Positions 53,570-62,921 of a stretch of DNA of 64,000 bases are shown piece after piece. This stretch comes from Bryobacterales bacterium (GTDB taxonomy: Bacteria; Acidobacteriota; Terriglobia; Bryobacterales; Bryobacteraceae): the NCBI GenBank assembly GCA_963814795.1, contig CAWFEK010000013.1, positions 4,094 through 68,093 on the forward strand, given 5' to 3'. Under the pieces are notes generated by a model. That model made no database searches, was not told the DNA's origin, and saw only the letters and a list, made by a program, of their open reading frames with translations. Position numbers and translations under genes: made by a program. Each line of letters opens with the position of its first letter. Positions within the stretch are counted from its first letter, which is position 1.

Positions 53570-54439
53570 ATGGGAGAATGGTTGTTATCCATGGCGTTTG
53601 AGGTTTTCCATGCCGAGGCGAAGAGTGTTCTGAGCCCCACCAGCGGATTTATAGCGCAGGCTGGATTTACCCATTCGCTTACGCCCGCGCGCAATTGCAC
53701 TTTCGGATGTTCCTATTGCTATGTCCCGACCATGGGGATTTTCGGAGGGTTGAAGCCCGGCGATGGGAAGCACTGGGGGCAATTCACAACATTCAAATCG
53801 AACGCACCGGAACTGTTGCGGCGCCAGTTGCGCGCGGGGCAGGTGATTTACTGCTCGCCGGTAGTGGACCCCTACCAGCCGGCGGAGGCGTCCGCGGAAT
53901 TGATGCCGCGGATACTGGATGAGTTGCTGGCGCGGCCGCCGCGGACATTCGTTATCCAAACGCGCGGGCCGATGATCCTGCGGGATCTCGACAAGCTGAT
54001 CGCGCTGGCACGCGCCACGGCGCTGCGGGTGAGTTTTTCGATTACTACCAATCGAGAAGACGTTCGCAAGCTGTATGAGCCGCATTGCGCATCGATCGAG
54101 CAGCGAATTGAGACCATACGCCGGTTGCGTCGAGCGGGCATTGACACTTTCGCTACGCTGGCGCCGCTGCTGCCGTGCGATCCTGAGGAGTTGGCGGGAC
54201 GGGCGCTCGATGCGACCGAAAGGGACATCGTGGGCGACGCGCTGCATATCCGGTCCGTGAAGCCGAATGGCGCAACCACGCGGGCGGCGGCGTTTCAGAT
54301 CAGCCGGCGCCACGAATATACGGAGTGGCTGGATCCGGATTTTCAGGCTGAAATCGCGGCGCGCATCGGACGCGTGGTGAACAAGGCAGGACGCAGGTTC
54401 GGAACTGGTCCGGAGGGTTTCAGATGGCTGACACAATAG
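53570..54439 (+). CDS. Radical SAM protein (SPL / DNA-photolyase-like group)
   Basis: NCTFGCSYCYV CxxxCxxC cluster near the N-terminus. The start is at 53570 or 53591. Confidence 0.7.
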   Translation: MGEWLLSMAFEVFHAEAKSVLSPTSGFIAQAGFTHSLTPARNCTFGCSYCYVPTMGIFGGLKPGDGKHWGQFTTFKSNAPELLRRQLRAGQVIYCSPVVDPYQPAEASAELMPRILDELLARPPRTFVIQTRGPMILRDLDKLIALARATALRVSFSITTNREDVRKLYEPHCASIEQRIETIRRLRRAGIDTFATLAPLLPCDPEELAGRALDATERDIVGDALHIRSVKPNGATTRAAAFQISRRHEYTEWLDPDFQAEIAARIGRVVNKAGRRFGTGPEGFRWLTQ

Positions 54440-55951
54440 TGGCGAATCCTGTTTTAGAGCGGCTGGGGATTGAGGCCGTGAATTCGGGCGCCTGCGGTCG
54501 CGAATGGATCGCGAGCTACGGGCGGGCGCAGTATCGCGTCTATTAATCCGGCCGATGGACAGGAGCTGGCGCGCGTCCGCCTGGCGTCCGAGCAGGATTA
54601 CGAGACCGTGGTTTCGGAGGCGGCGGAAGTATTTGAGGGCTGGCGCATGGTCCCGGCGCCGAAGCGCGGCCAGATTGTGCGGGAAATCGGCGATGAGCTG
54701 CGCGCTTGCAAGGATGACCTGGGCGCGCTGGTGACGCTCGAGATGGGCAAGATCCTGGCCGAAGGCAAAGGCGAAGTGCAGGAGATGATCGACATCGCGG
54801 ATTTCGCCGTGGGGCTTTCGCGCCAGCTTTACGGGCTTACCATGCCGAGCGAGCGGCCGGAACATCGAATGTATGAGCAATGGCATCCGCTGGGAATTGT
54901 GGGCGTAATCTCCGCCTTCAACTTTCCGGTTGCAGTTTGGTCCTGGAACGCGCTGATCGCGGCCGTCTGCGGGGATTGCGTGGTGTGGAAGCCGTCGCTG
55001 AAGACTCCGCTCACGGCCATCGCGGTGCAGAAAATATGCGATCGGGTGATGCAGCGGCATGGCTGGCGCGGAGTTTTCAATCTGGTGATTGGCGAGGACG
55101 CGACGGTGGGCACGCGTCTGCTGGAAGACCGGCGGATTCCGCTGGTGAGCGCCACGGGTTCCTGCCGCATGGGACGCATCGTGGCGGAAACCGTGGGCCG
55201 GCGCCTGGGACGCACACTGCTGGAGCTGGGCGGCAACAACGCCGTTATTGTTATGAACGACGCCAATCTGGATCTGGCCGTGCGCGCGGCGCTGTTCGGC
55301 GCGGCGGGAACCGCGGGCCAACGTTGCACCAGCATTCGCCGCTTGTTTGTGCAGCGCGGCATCGCCGGCGAAATGATTCAAAAGCTGCAGTCGGCGTATG
55401 CGCACATTCGCGTGGGCAATCCGCTGGATGAATCCACGCACATGGGTCCGCTGGTGGATGAGGCGTCAGTTGCAACCATGCGAAACGCGCTGGAGCGAAT
55501 TCGATCCGAGGGTGGCGAAATAATCTTCGGCGGCCAGGAACTGGGTGGCTGCTATGTACAGCCCACGCTGGTGAAGGCGCATCCGGGCATGGCCATTTTG
55601 CAGGAAGAGGTTTTCGCGCCCATCCTATATCTCATTGAATTCGATTCGCTTGAGCAAGTGATGGAATGGCACAACGGCGTCCCGCAGGGGCTCTCTTCGG
55701 CCATGTTCACTACGAATCTGATTTCGGCGGAAACGTTTCTGAGCGCGCGCGGCAGCGATTGCGGAATCGCCAACATCAATATCGGCACCAGCGGAGCGGA
55801 AATCGGCGGGGCGTTCGGCGGTGAAAAGGATACGGGCGGTGGACGCGAATCGGGCAGCGATTCGTGGAAAGCCTATATGCGGCGGCAGACGGTCACCATC
55901 AATTGGTCGAACGAGCTGCCGCTGGCGCAGGGAATCAAGTTCGAGCTTTGA
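54424..55951 (+). pseudogene. ALDH7-like (piperideine-6-carboxylate / aminoadipate-semialdehyde) dehydrogenase; apparent 1-nt insertion near 54514-54522
   Basis: Frame 1 from ATG 54424 gives MADTIVANPVLERLGIEAVNSGACGREWIAS. Frame 2 continues GGRSIASINPADGQELARVRLASEQDYETVV and joins ORF 54608..55951 (PAPKRGQIVREIG, ELGGNNA, GTAGQRCT). Confidence 0.85.
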
Positions 55952-56381
55952 TCTGATCCAAGTGATGCCTCATATGGCGGAGGTAATCCGCTGCCAGTTC
56001 TTCCAGAGTCATCACTGGATTGTCTCCGATGAAACAGGGCGTACTTCGCTTCGGCTCCGGAACGCCCGCCAAGATGTGCGCCAGGAAGCGGTTGTAGCTT
56101 GCCCATAAATTGGCGAGGTCGGCCCACTGCAATTCCTGATAGCGCTCCACGCGGACGCAGCCTTCCTGATCGTAGGTGGGCAGGCGAATCTCGGGCTGCA
56201 GCAGAGCGCGAACAAATCGCTGATGATTGTTTGCGGCTGAATCGATCAGATGTCCGAGAATCTGCTTGCGCGACCAACCGCCCGCGATGGCCGGCCTGGA
56301 GGCGTCCTCATCGCTAACCGTCTCAAAATCGTGTTTAGTTTTCGCTACCAGCGTTTCCAGTTCGTGGCTGATTTGAAGCAT
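55935..56381 (-). CDS. DinB-family protein
   Basis: WSRKQILGHLIDSAANNHQRF...YLRHMRHHLDQI His-triad pattern typical of the DinB superfamily. Confidence 0.75.
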   Translation of the reverse strand: MLQISHELETLVAKTKHDFETVSDEDASRPAIAGGWSRKQILGHLIDSAANNHQRFVRALLQPEIRLPTYDQEGCVRVERYQELQWADLANLWASYNRFLAHILAGVPEPKRSTPCFIGDNPVMTLEELAADYLRHMRHHLDQIKART

Positions 56382-56388
56382 GTAGTTT

Positions 56389-57177
56389 GTGATGCCGGCA
56401 AAGCTAATCCGGTACCATGAATTTGTGCGTCGTTCGGCTGTGCTGTTCGCGTGCGTTGCTTTGCTGAGCGCTCAGACTCCGCTCGAGAACACCGGCAAAC
56501 CCATGCGCGTGCCGTTTGAATGTACTGAGGCTGATAGCGAGGCCGCCAGCTTGAGCTGCACTGAGCAAGAGCCGTGCCCGGTGTTTCTGGAACTGAGCGG
56601 CGTGGAAGCGGCCGGAAACAAAATATTTCTGGCCGGGAACTTGCATACCAGCACAACCACGCTCTATTCCGCTCTTTTAGCCAGCGAGGATGGCGGGAAA
56701 ACCTGGACTGAGCCGCATCCCCGCATCCGCTTCGCCGGCCTGGATCAGATCGAATTCATCGATTTCCAGAACGGATGGGTCGCCGGCGCGAACCTGCAGA
56801 GCACGCCGCGCGATCCCTTTCTTCTGCTGACCACGGATGGCGGCAAAACCTGGCGCCAGCGGCCCATCTTCGATGAAACGCGCGTGGCGGTTATCGAACA
56901 TTTCCGGTTCGATTCGCGCGAGAATGGATTGCTGCTGATAGACGCGCGGCTGGACAACAATCTGCATGAGCTTTATGAAACGCGGACCGGCGGCGAAAGT
57001 TGGTCGATGAAGCAGGCCAGCGCAAACGCCATTTCGTTTCCGGCGTCCGCCAAAACAACCGCATGGCGTCTACGTACTGACGCATCCACGCATAGCTTCG
57101 ACCTTGAAAAATCGGACGGCGCGCATTGGCAAAAGATCGCCGGCTTTCTGGTGAACGTAGGAGCCTGCAAACAGTGA
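56389..57177 (+). CDS. Secreted BNR/Asp-box (Ycf48-like) beta-propeller protein
   Basis: Repeated SxDGGKTW-type boxes: EDGGKTWTE, TDGGKTWRQ and TGGESWSM. Confidence 0.65.
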   Translation: MMPAKLIRYHEFVRRSAVLFACVALLSAQTPLENTGKPMRVPFECTEADSEAASLSCTEQEPCPVFLELSGVEAAGNKIFLAGNLHTSTTTLYSALLASEDGGKTWTEPHPRIRFAGLDQIEFIDFQNGWVAGANLQSTPRDPFLLLTTDGGKTWRQRPIFDETRVAVIEHFRFDSRENGLLLIDARLDNNLHELYETRTGGESWSMKQASANAISFPASAKTTAWRLRTDASTHSFDLEKSDGAHWQKIAGFLVNVGACKQ

Positions 57178-58742
57178 AACCCGATCCTATCGAGCTGGAG
57201 CTGTTCCGCCATCTGCTGGTTTCGATCGCCGAAGAGATGGGCGCAGTGCTGCGCAAGACTTCCTATTCGGCCAACATCAAAGAGCGGCGCGATTATTCGT
57301 GCGCCGTTTACGACGCTTCCGGCGAAACCGTGGCTATGGGCGATCACATGCCTGTACACCTGGGAGCTATGCCTTTGTCGGTGCGGGAAGCCATGCGGGC
57401 TTTCGATTTCGCACCGGGAGATGTGGCCATTCTGAACGATCCTTTTCGCGGGGGAACGCATTTGCCGGACATCACCGCGGTGGCCGGCGTCTTTCTGAAA
57501 GGAACGCGCCAGCCGGCATTCTATGTGGCGAACCGCGCGCATCACGCCGATGTTGGCGGTATGAGTCCGGGCTCCATGCCCCTGGCGCGCGAGATTTATC
57601 AGGAAGGTATCCGGATTCCCCCCATTTTGCTCAAGCGCGGCGGAAAGTTCGATCGCGAGCTGTTGGCTTTGATTCTGGCCAACGTGCGAACCCCGGTGGA
57701 GCGCGAAGGCGATTTGTTAGCCCAGTGCATGGCTATCCGGCGCGGCGAGCAGCGGCTGCTGGAGCTGGCGGCCAAATACGGGATGACGAAAGTACGCCGC
57801 AACATGACCGCGCTCAAGGATTACAGCGAACGCATGATGCGGGCCGCCATCCGGCGCCTGCCGCCGGGCGAGTATCGCTTCGAAGATTATCTCGACAATG
57901 ACGGCATCTCCGAGCGTCCGGTGACGATCGCGGTCAAGGTGATTGTTCACGGAAATCGCGCCACCATCGATTTCACGGGATCGAGCCCGCAGGTGGTAGG
58001 TTCCGTGAATGCGAACTATGCCGTGGCGATTGCGGCCACAACTTATGTGTTTCGATGCCTCGTGCCGGAAGACATTCCGTTTACAGCGGGCGTGATGCGG
58101 CCACTTGAGGTGATAGCGCCGCTGGGCTCCATAGTGAACGCGCAGCCTCCCGCCGCCATGGCCGCGGGAAATGTGGAAACGTCGCAGCGCATCACCGATG
58201 TTGTGCTGGGCGCGCTGGCGCAGGCGGTGCCGCGGCTTATTCCGGCGGCCAGTTACGGCACCATGAATAATGTCACGTTTGGTGGCGTAGACCGAGTGCG
58301 CGGCAAAGCCTTCGCTTATTACGAAACCATCGCGGGAGGGATGGGCGCTTCCCAGGCGGCCGACGGCCCCAGCGCAACTCATGCGCACATGACCAACAGC
58401 TGGAACACGCCGGTGGAGGCATTCGAGCATCAGTATCCGCTGCGCATCCGCGGCTATCGCATTCGCTCCGGATCGGGCGGCGCGGGACGCCATCGCGGCG
58501 GGGATGGAATCGTCCGCGAGTTTGAATTTCTGACGCCCGCGGATGTGACTATTCTCTCGGATCGGCGATTGCGCGGTCCGTATGGATTGTTCGGCGGCGG
58601 GGATGGTACGCCTGGAAGGAACACCTTGTTGAAGGGAAAACGATCCGTGGCGATTCCCGGCAAGGCGCGGTTCGAAGTGGGCGCGGGTGACGTGCTGCGC
58701 ATGGAATCGCCTGGCGGAGGCGGTTATGGAAAGCCGGACTAA
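57174..58742 (+). CDS. Hydantoinase B / oxoprolinase family protein
   Basis: DPIELELFRHLLVSIAEEMGAVLRKTSYSANIKERRDYSCAVYD...NDPFRGGTHLPD. The GTG start overlaps the upstream stop (GTGA). Confidence 0.85.
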   Translation: MKPDPIELELFRHLLVSIAEEMGAVLRKTSYSANIKERRDYSCAVYDASGETVAMGDHMPVHLGAMPLSVREAMRAFDFAPGDVAILNDPFRGGTHLPDITAVAGVFLKGTRQPAFYVANRAHHADVGGMSPGSMPLAREIYQEGIRIPPILLKRGGKFDRELLALILANVRTPVEREGDLLAQCMAIRRGEQRLLELAAKYGMTKVRRNMTALKDYSERMMRAAIRRLPPGEYRFEDYLDNDGISERPVTIAVKVIVHGNRATIDFTGSSPQVVGSVNANYAVAIAATTYVFRCLVPEDIPFTAGVMRPLEVIAPLGSIVNAQPPAAMAAGNVETSQRITDVVLGALAQAVPRLIPAASYGTMNNVTFGGVDRVRGKAFAYYETIAGGMGASQAADGPSATHAHMTNSWNTPVEAFEHQYPLRIRGYRIRSGSGGAGRHRGGDGIVREFEFLTPADVTILSDRRLRGPYGLFGGGDGTPGRNTLLKGKRSVAIPGKARFEVGAGDVLRMESPGGGGYGKPD

Positions 58743-58746
58743 AGCC

Positions 58747-58814
58747 GTTTCCTCGTTTCTCGTTTCTCGTTCAAAATGCTCCACGGTCCTAACGAGAAAC
58801 GAGAAACGAGAAAC
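58747..58814. repeat. Long hairpin built from heptad repeats (CGTTTCT x3 / AGAAACG x3)
   Basis: GTTTCCTCGTTTCTCGTTTCTCGTT, a 19-nt loop, then AACGAGAAACGAGAAACGAGAAAC. It starts a few nt after the hyuB-like stop. Confidence 0.85.
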
Positions 58815-58842
58815 AGTTATCCGCCTGTGCTAAAACTGTGGG

Positions 58843-60711
58843 GTGCTTCTTTCCTTGTACAACGACCGGCCTTCGTCGGAGGCGCACGCGAGCGCGCTCC
58901 GCAAGGACAGTCTGCTGGACCGGTTGAAGGCGCTGGATTCGCGCGCGAATCGCAAAGGATTGGACGGGCTGGACCCGGACCGGAACCGGCTGATCCGCAT
59001 CGGAATGGAAATCAACTCCGGGGGCCGCGTTACCAAAAGCGGCTACGGCGTATTCGATCTGGCGTGGCAGGCCGCGCATCATAGGGAATGGCCGGTCGCG
59101 ATCGCCCAAGAGCTGGAGGAGATACAGCGGCGCATTAAAGAAGTTCACGGCACGCCGGTGCGGTTTCTGATCTGGGCCGGCATGGGCGGATCGGCCGAAG
59201 ACAAGAACATGTACAACGCCATCGGCCTGTTGAAACGGGGCCCGCGCTGCTACGTGCTGGATTCCACAGACCCGGCGAAGCTTAAAAACATTCTGGCCGA
59301 TATGTCGCGCCGCTCCAAGCTCGGGCTTCCCAAAATTCTCAAGAGCACATTAGTTGTTGGCATGGCGATGGGGATGACATCGTATGAGCCGGTAGTGAAT
59401 CTTCAAAAGCTGGCGCTGCTTTACCAGCGGCATAAGGTGGATTCGCGCCCCAACTTTATATATATGACGCTGCCCGGCTCGCTGCTGGATCAGTTTGCCC
59501 GGAGCCAGGATTACCGGCGCGTGGAGTTGCAGCCGGATCATCGCAATAGCGTGGCCGGCCGGCATAGCTCGCCGCTTACGCGCGGAAGCCTGTATCCGTT
59601 GGGCTTGAGCGGAGTGGATCTGAAAGGGTGGATCGAAGAGACGCAGCTCGAAGAAGACGAGATTGACGCGGCGTGGAGATTGGCCGCTTTTCTGGAAGCG
59701 CAGGGACAGGCGGGCCGCGACAAGGTGACGCTGATCCTGGCGCGGGAGTGGGCCGGCGCGTCGCTGTGGACCAAACAGGATTTCGAAGAAAGCCTGGGCA
59801 AATGCGAGCAGCAAGGCATAAAGATCGTTATTGATGAAAAGATCCGGCTGCAGCATTACCGCGCGCCCAAGGATCCGCGGCAGGACCGTGTTTTTCTGGC
59901 GGTGCAGCGAAGAGGAACGCCCGCCGGCGATGCGCGGAAGATTGCCATGCTGCGCCATGCCGGATATCCGGTGGCCACTGTCACTGTGCCGGCGCGATGC
60001 GGACTCTCGCGATACATGCAGTTCATCCACTATGCGGTGTTCGGGCTGGCCTATTTGCGGGACATGAATTTCGTTACCCAGCCCAGCGTGGAGCTGTATA
60101 AATCGATTACCAACCAGTTGCACGCGTCGGCCGAAAAATTGGGAGGCATCGAGAAGACCAAAGCCTGGGAGCAAATGCGAAACTCTCCGCAGCAGGCGCG
60201 GTGGCGGGGGCGAGTGACTTTGTTTTATGATGGCGCGGTTTCGCCGGGCTCCGCGCCGGCCGCGGCTCCTGAAATTTATGCGGCGATTCTGCGCGGCGTG
60301 ACGGCGGCGCGGGAGGTGGAATACGCGGAGCTGACATTTTTTGGCGACACGCGTTATTCGGCACGAGGCCGCGCTCTGCGGACGCGCTTGAATCGCGCCG
60401 CGGAAACGCTATTCCGCTCGCGCCTGAAGATGCCGGTGGATGTCTACGAAGGTCCGGCGATGAATCATTCCTATCATGAAATGATCATCGGCCACGGAAA
60501 ATGTTTTTCCACGGTTTTGATCTCGGATGCGTACGAGGAGATTCCTTCCATCGGGTACACGGCGGATTATCATCGCGCGCAGTTTCTGGCAACCATCCGC
60601 GCACTCGCTGAACGCCGGCGGCCGGTGGTAGCGCTGGCGCTACGCGACATGGAGGAAGCCAGTTTCGACGCGCTGGATGAATTTTTCCGGCAGGCGGCAA
60701 GGTATTTATAA
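58843..60711 (+). CDS. Phosphoglucose-isomerase-like (SIS-type) protein
   Basis: FLIWAGMGGSAEDKN resembles the PGI GxGGS motif. This large 622-aa protein could not otherwise be placed. Confidence 0.4.
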   Translation: MLLSLYNDRPSSEAHASALRKDSLLDRLKALDSRANRKGLDGLDPDRNRLIRIGMEINSGGRVTKSGYGVFDLAWQAAHHREWPVAIAQELEEIQRRIKEVHGTPVRFLIWAGMGGSAEDKNMYNAIGLLKRGPRCYVLDSTDPAKLKNILADMSRRSKLGLPKILKSTLVVGMAMGMTSYEPVVNLQKLALLYQRHKVDSRPNFIYMTLPGSLLDQFARSQDYRRVELQPDHRNSVAGRHSSPLTRGSLYPLGLSGVDLKGWIEETQLEEDEIDAAWRLAAFLEAQGQAGRDKVTLILAREWAGASLWTKQDFEESLGKCEQQGIKIVIDEKIRLQHYRAPKDPRQDRVFLAVQRRGTPAGDARKIAMLRHAGYPVATVTVPARCGLSRYMQFIHYAVFGLAYLRDMNFVTQPSVELYKSITNQLHASAEKLGGIEKTKAWEQMRNSPQQARWRGRVTLFYDGAVSPGSAPAAAPEIYAAILRGVTAAREVEYAELTFFGDTRYSARGRALRTRLNRAAETLFRSRLKMPVDVYEGPAMNHSYHEMIIGHGKCFSTVLISDAYEEIPSIGYTADYHRAQFLATIRALAERRRPVVALALRDMEEASFDALDEFFRQAARYL

Positions 60712-60841
60712 GCGTCTCGGACGGGCCTTTGAAGCGCATTTGTGAGCACTCCAGCTTTGGCGAATTCGCGGCTCGGAAAGAGTGTGTTACCGAACCGCGA
60801 CCGTAAGGGAGTTCCCATGGGCCTGCGGCCCACCAAAGGTG

Positions 60842-60930
60842 ATGAAGACGCTGTGGGAAAATCGGTTGGCAGGCGAAAGCGCCTGCCCCACTTCCGCCTG
60901 CCAACCGGCGTCTTCAACGGAGTCGGTGCC
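60842..60930. repeat. Composite REP1 element (right REP1 truncated)
   Basis: ATGAAGACGCTGTGGGAAAATCGGTTGGCAGGCGAAAGCGCCTGCCCCAC | TTCCGCCTGCCAACCGGCGTCTTCAACGGAGTCGGTGCC. Confidence 0.8.
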
Positions 60931-61376
60931 TTTCTGGCTCCGGCAATACCAGGTCACGGAGTCAATGCTTTTCCTGGTCGGCTGAGAGCGGTTATTCGAA
61001 TTTTGCAAGTACTCGAAAGCGCCGACTGTCCCCAGGCCCGTTCCGCTTCCGCTTCGATTTCCGCGGGGAGCCTTGGCCGCGCGAAAAACCGCGTCGAGTT
61101 GGTTCTTTACCTCGGGCTAGCGCTGATCGTCATCTTAGGCGATGGCGATATACAACGGCAGTAGCCATGCGTGCCGATCTTCCGTTTGCGATCCGCCGAC
61201 CGAGTTGCCGAATAGCCGGGCGCAGGCCAGGTGAATCGTGGCAGATCAGAACGCCGGGATATTCTCATGACACTAGCGTACGGCTGGGTCTCGGTTAAAG
61301 TCGCAAATCTCCCCGTTGCGCAGAAAAGCGAAGAATTAGAAAACCAATAAGGTACAATAGCCTGGAACATTGTCAA

Positions 61377-62921
61377 ATGGCGCAAAAGGTAATGGTCTTT
61401 TGTTTTCTATTCACCCTCTGCGCCACCGCAGCCACTCTGCACGGAACCGTAATCGACAGCGAATCCCGCGCTGCACTTCCTTCCGCGGCGGTGCAGCTCT
61501 TGCTGGGCGACGACATCATCGCCGAGACATCCACGGACGAACGCGGACAATTTTCGTTCGATGACGTGAAATCGGGATACCGCGTGACCGCCAAAAAGAA
61601 TGGCTACCTGCACGCCTTTCCTCCGGAGAATCTTCCCCGAGCCGTTGCCGCATCGGATTTTGAAGAATCTGTCACGCTAACCTTAACCCCAGCCTGCGCG
61701 GTCTCGGGACGGGTATTGGATTCCTCAGGCCAGCCTGCGCGCGGCGCGAAGGTAATGGCCGTGGCGCGGAGAGCCGGCGCCGGCGGCGTCCGCTTCACCC
61801 CAGAAGGCGCCAGCGCGGAAGTGGATGACCGCGGCATGTATCGTATCTTCAACCTTACGCCGGGGCGTTACGCCATTGCGGTAGCGCCTGACCCGGACGC
61901 GGGCGGCGCGGTCTCTGCGCCCATTTATTTTCCCGGCGCCATTGATCCCGCTCGCGCTGAATTTCTCTCGCTGCGACCAGGGGAGACTCGCAGCAATACA
62001 AATATCACGCTAACGCCGGTACAGAGCTACACGGTCAAAGGAACCGTCACCGGCATACCCGGCAACTGGCCACACCGCAGAGTGGTTGCCGTCTCCATGA
62101 TTCCTGCGGCAGGAATCAGCACCGAGGCGCCAATCGTAGATACCGACCTGGAAGGACACTTCACTTTCTCGAGCGTCCCTCCCGGCTCCTATCAAATCAT
62201 CGCGTCCGGGCCGGGGCCAACGGTCGTTATGGGAAGTGCAGCGCCCGTGCCAGAGATAAAACCGCGTCAAGGCTCCATGCGAGTTGATGTCGCCGGCGCG
62301 GACCTCAGCGACGTCACGGTTCCGCTCAGAGATGTAGCCGCAGTGGACGCGAGATTCGTCGCGGATCGCGAAACCGGCGTCACGCCGGCCTGTTACCTGG
62401 CGGCCAAGCTGGCTCTCAGGCCCGTGGATCCGATGCCCGTGTCGCGTCAATTCAGCGCCACACTCACCTCCACCGGCGCCTTTACCCTGCGCGACATTCC
62501 TGCCGCCCGCTATCGCGTCGAGTTGAATGGCTTCGAGGGCAGCTGCTTCTTGCGAGAAATCCGCATGGAAGGTAAGAAGCTGCTGCAGGGGATGGTGACT
62601 ATCGAGAGCAACGTCAGCTTGGAACTGGTGGTCAGCGCGGGCAGCGGCAAGGTGACGGGCACTGTTACTAACGCTACGTCCGGACTGGTAATTCTGGCGC
62701 CTGCCGACGATGAGACGCGCGAAGTTCGAACCACGCCGCTGGACGCCACGGGGCAATTCCATCTGGAGCAGATTCCTCCCGGCCGCTATCGCCTTCTTGC
62801 CACGCAAAGAATCGGCTCGAACGATTATCTGGATCCTCTGTTTTGGCAGGAAAGCCAGGCGCCCGAGATCGAGATAAAACAAGGAAGCTCCATCACGCAG
62901 GATTTGAAAATCACAAAATGA
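61377..62921 (+). CDS. Secreted carboxypeptidase-regulatory-like domain repeat protein
   Basis: Signal peptide, then LHGTVIDSESRAALPSAAVQLL...DERGQFSFDDVKSGYRV, with recurring GxV...G...PGxY units. Confidence 0.7.
   Translation: MAQKVMVFCFLFTLCATAATLHGTVIDSESRAALPSAAVQLLLGDDIIAETSTDERGQFSFDDVKSGYRVTAKKNGYLHAFPPENLPRAVAASDFEESVTLTLTPACAVSGRVLDSSGQPARGAKVMAVARRAGAGGVRFTPEGASAEVDDRGMYRIFNLTPGRYAIAVAPDPDAGGAVSAPIYFPGAIDPARAEFLSLRPGETRSNTNITLTPVQSYTVKGTVTGIPGNWPHRRVVAVSMIPAAGISTEAPIVDTDLEGHFTFSSVPPGSYQIIASGPGPTVVMGSAAPVPEIKPRQGSMRVDVAGADLSDVTVPLRDVAAVDARFVADRETGVTPACYLAAKLALRPVDPMPVSRQFSATLTSTGAFTLRDIPAARYRVELNGFEGSCFLREIRMEGKKLLQGMVTIESNVSLELVVSAGSGKVTGTVTNATSGLVILAPADDETREVRTTPLDATGQFHLEQIPPGRYRLLATQRIGSNDYLDPLFWQESQAPEIEIKQGSSITQDLKITK

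Noticed and set aside
53585-55441. 618-aa minus-strand ORF, the longest unexplained ORF in the track
   Set aside because: It is Arg/His/Gln/Pro-rich and lies antisense to the radical-SAM and ALDH genes, which carry unmistakable motifs. This is a typical high-GC shadow ORF.
6099-60930. Possibility that the dispersed REP1 copies form a CRISPR-like or integron attC array
   Set aside because: The copies are kilobases apart, in both orientations, at irregular spacing. No integrase or cas gene is in the window.
60742-61385. ORFs 60742..61164 (plus) and 61107..61385 (minus), and a faint ParE/RelE-like string (FFARPRLPAEIEAEAERAW) on the minus strand near 61020-61100
   Set aside because: The plus ORF is translated through the composite REP1 element. 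The ParE-like resemblance is about 20 residues with no start codon, too weak to call.
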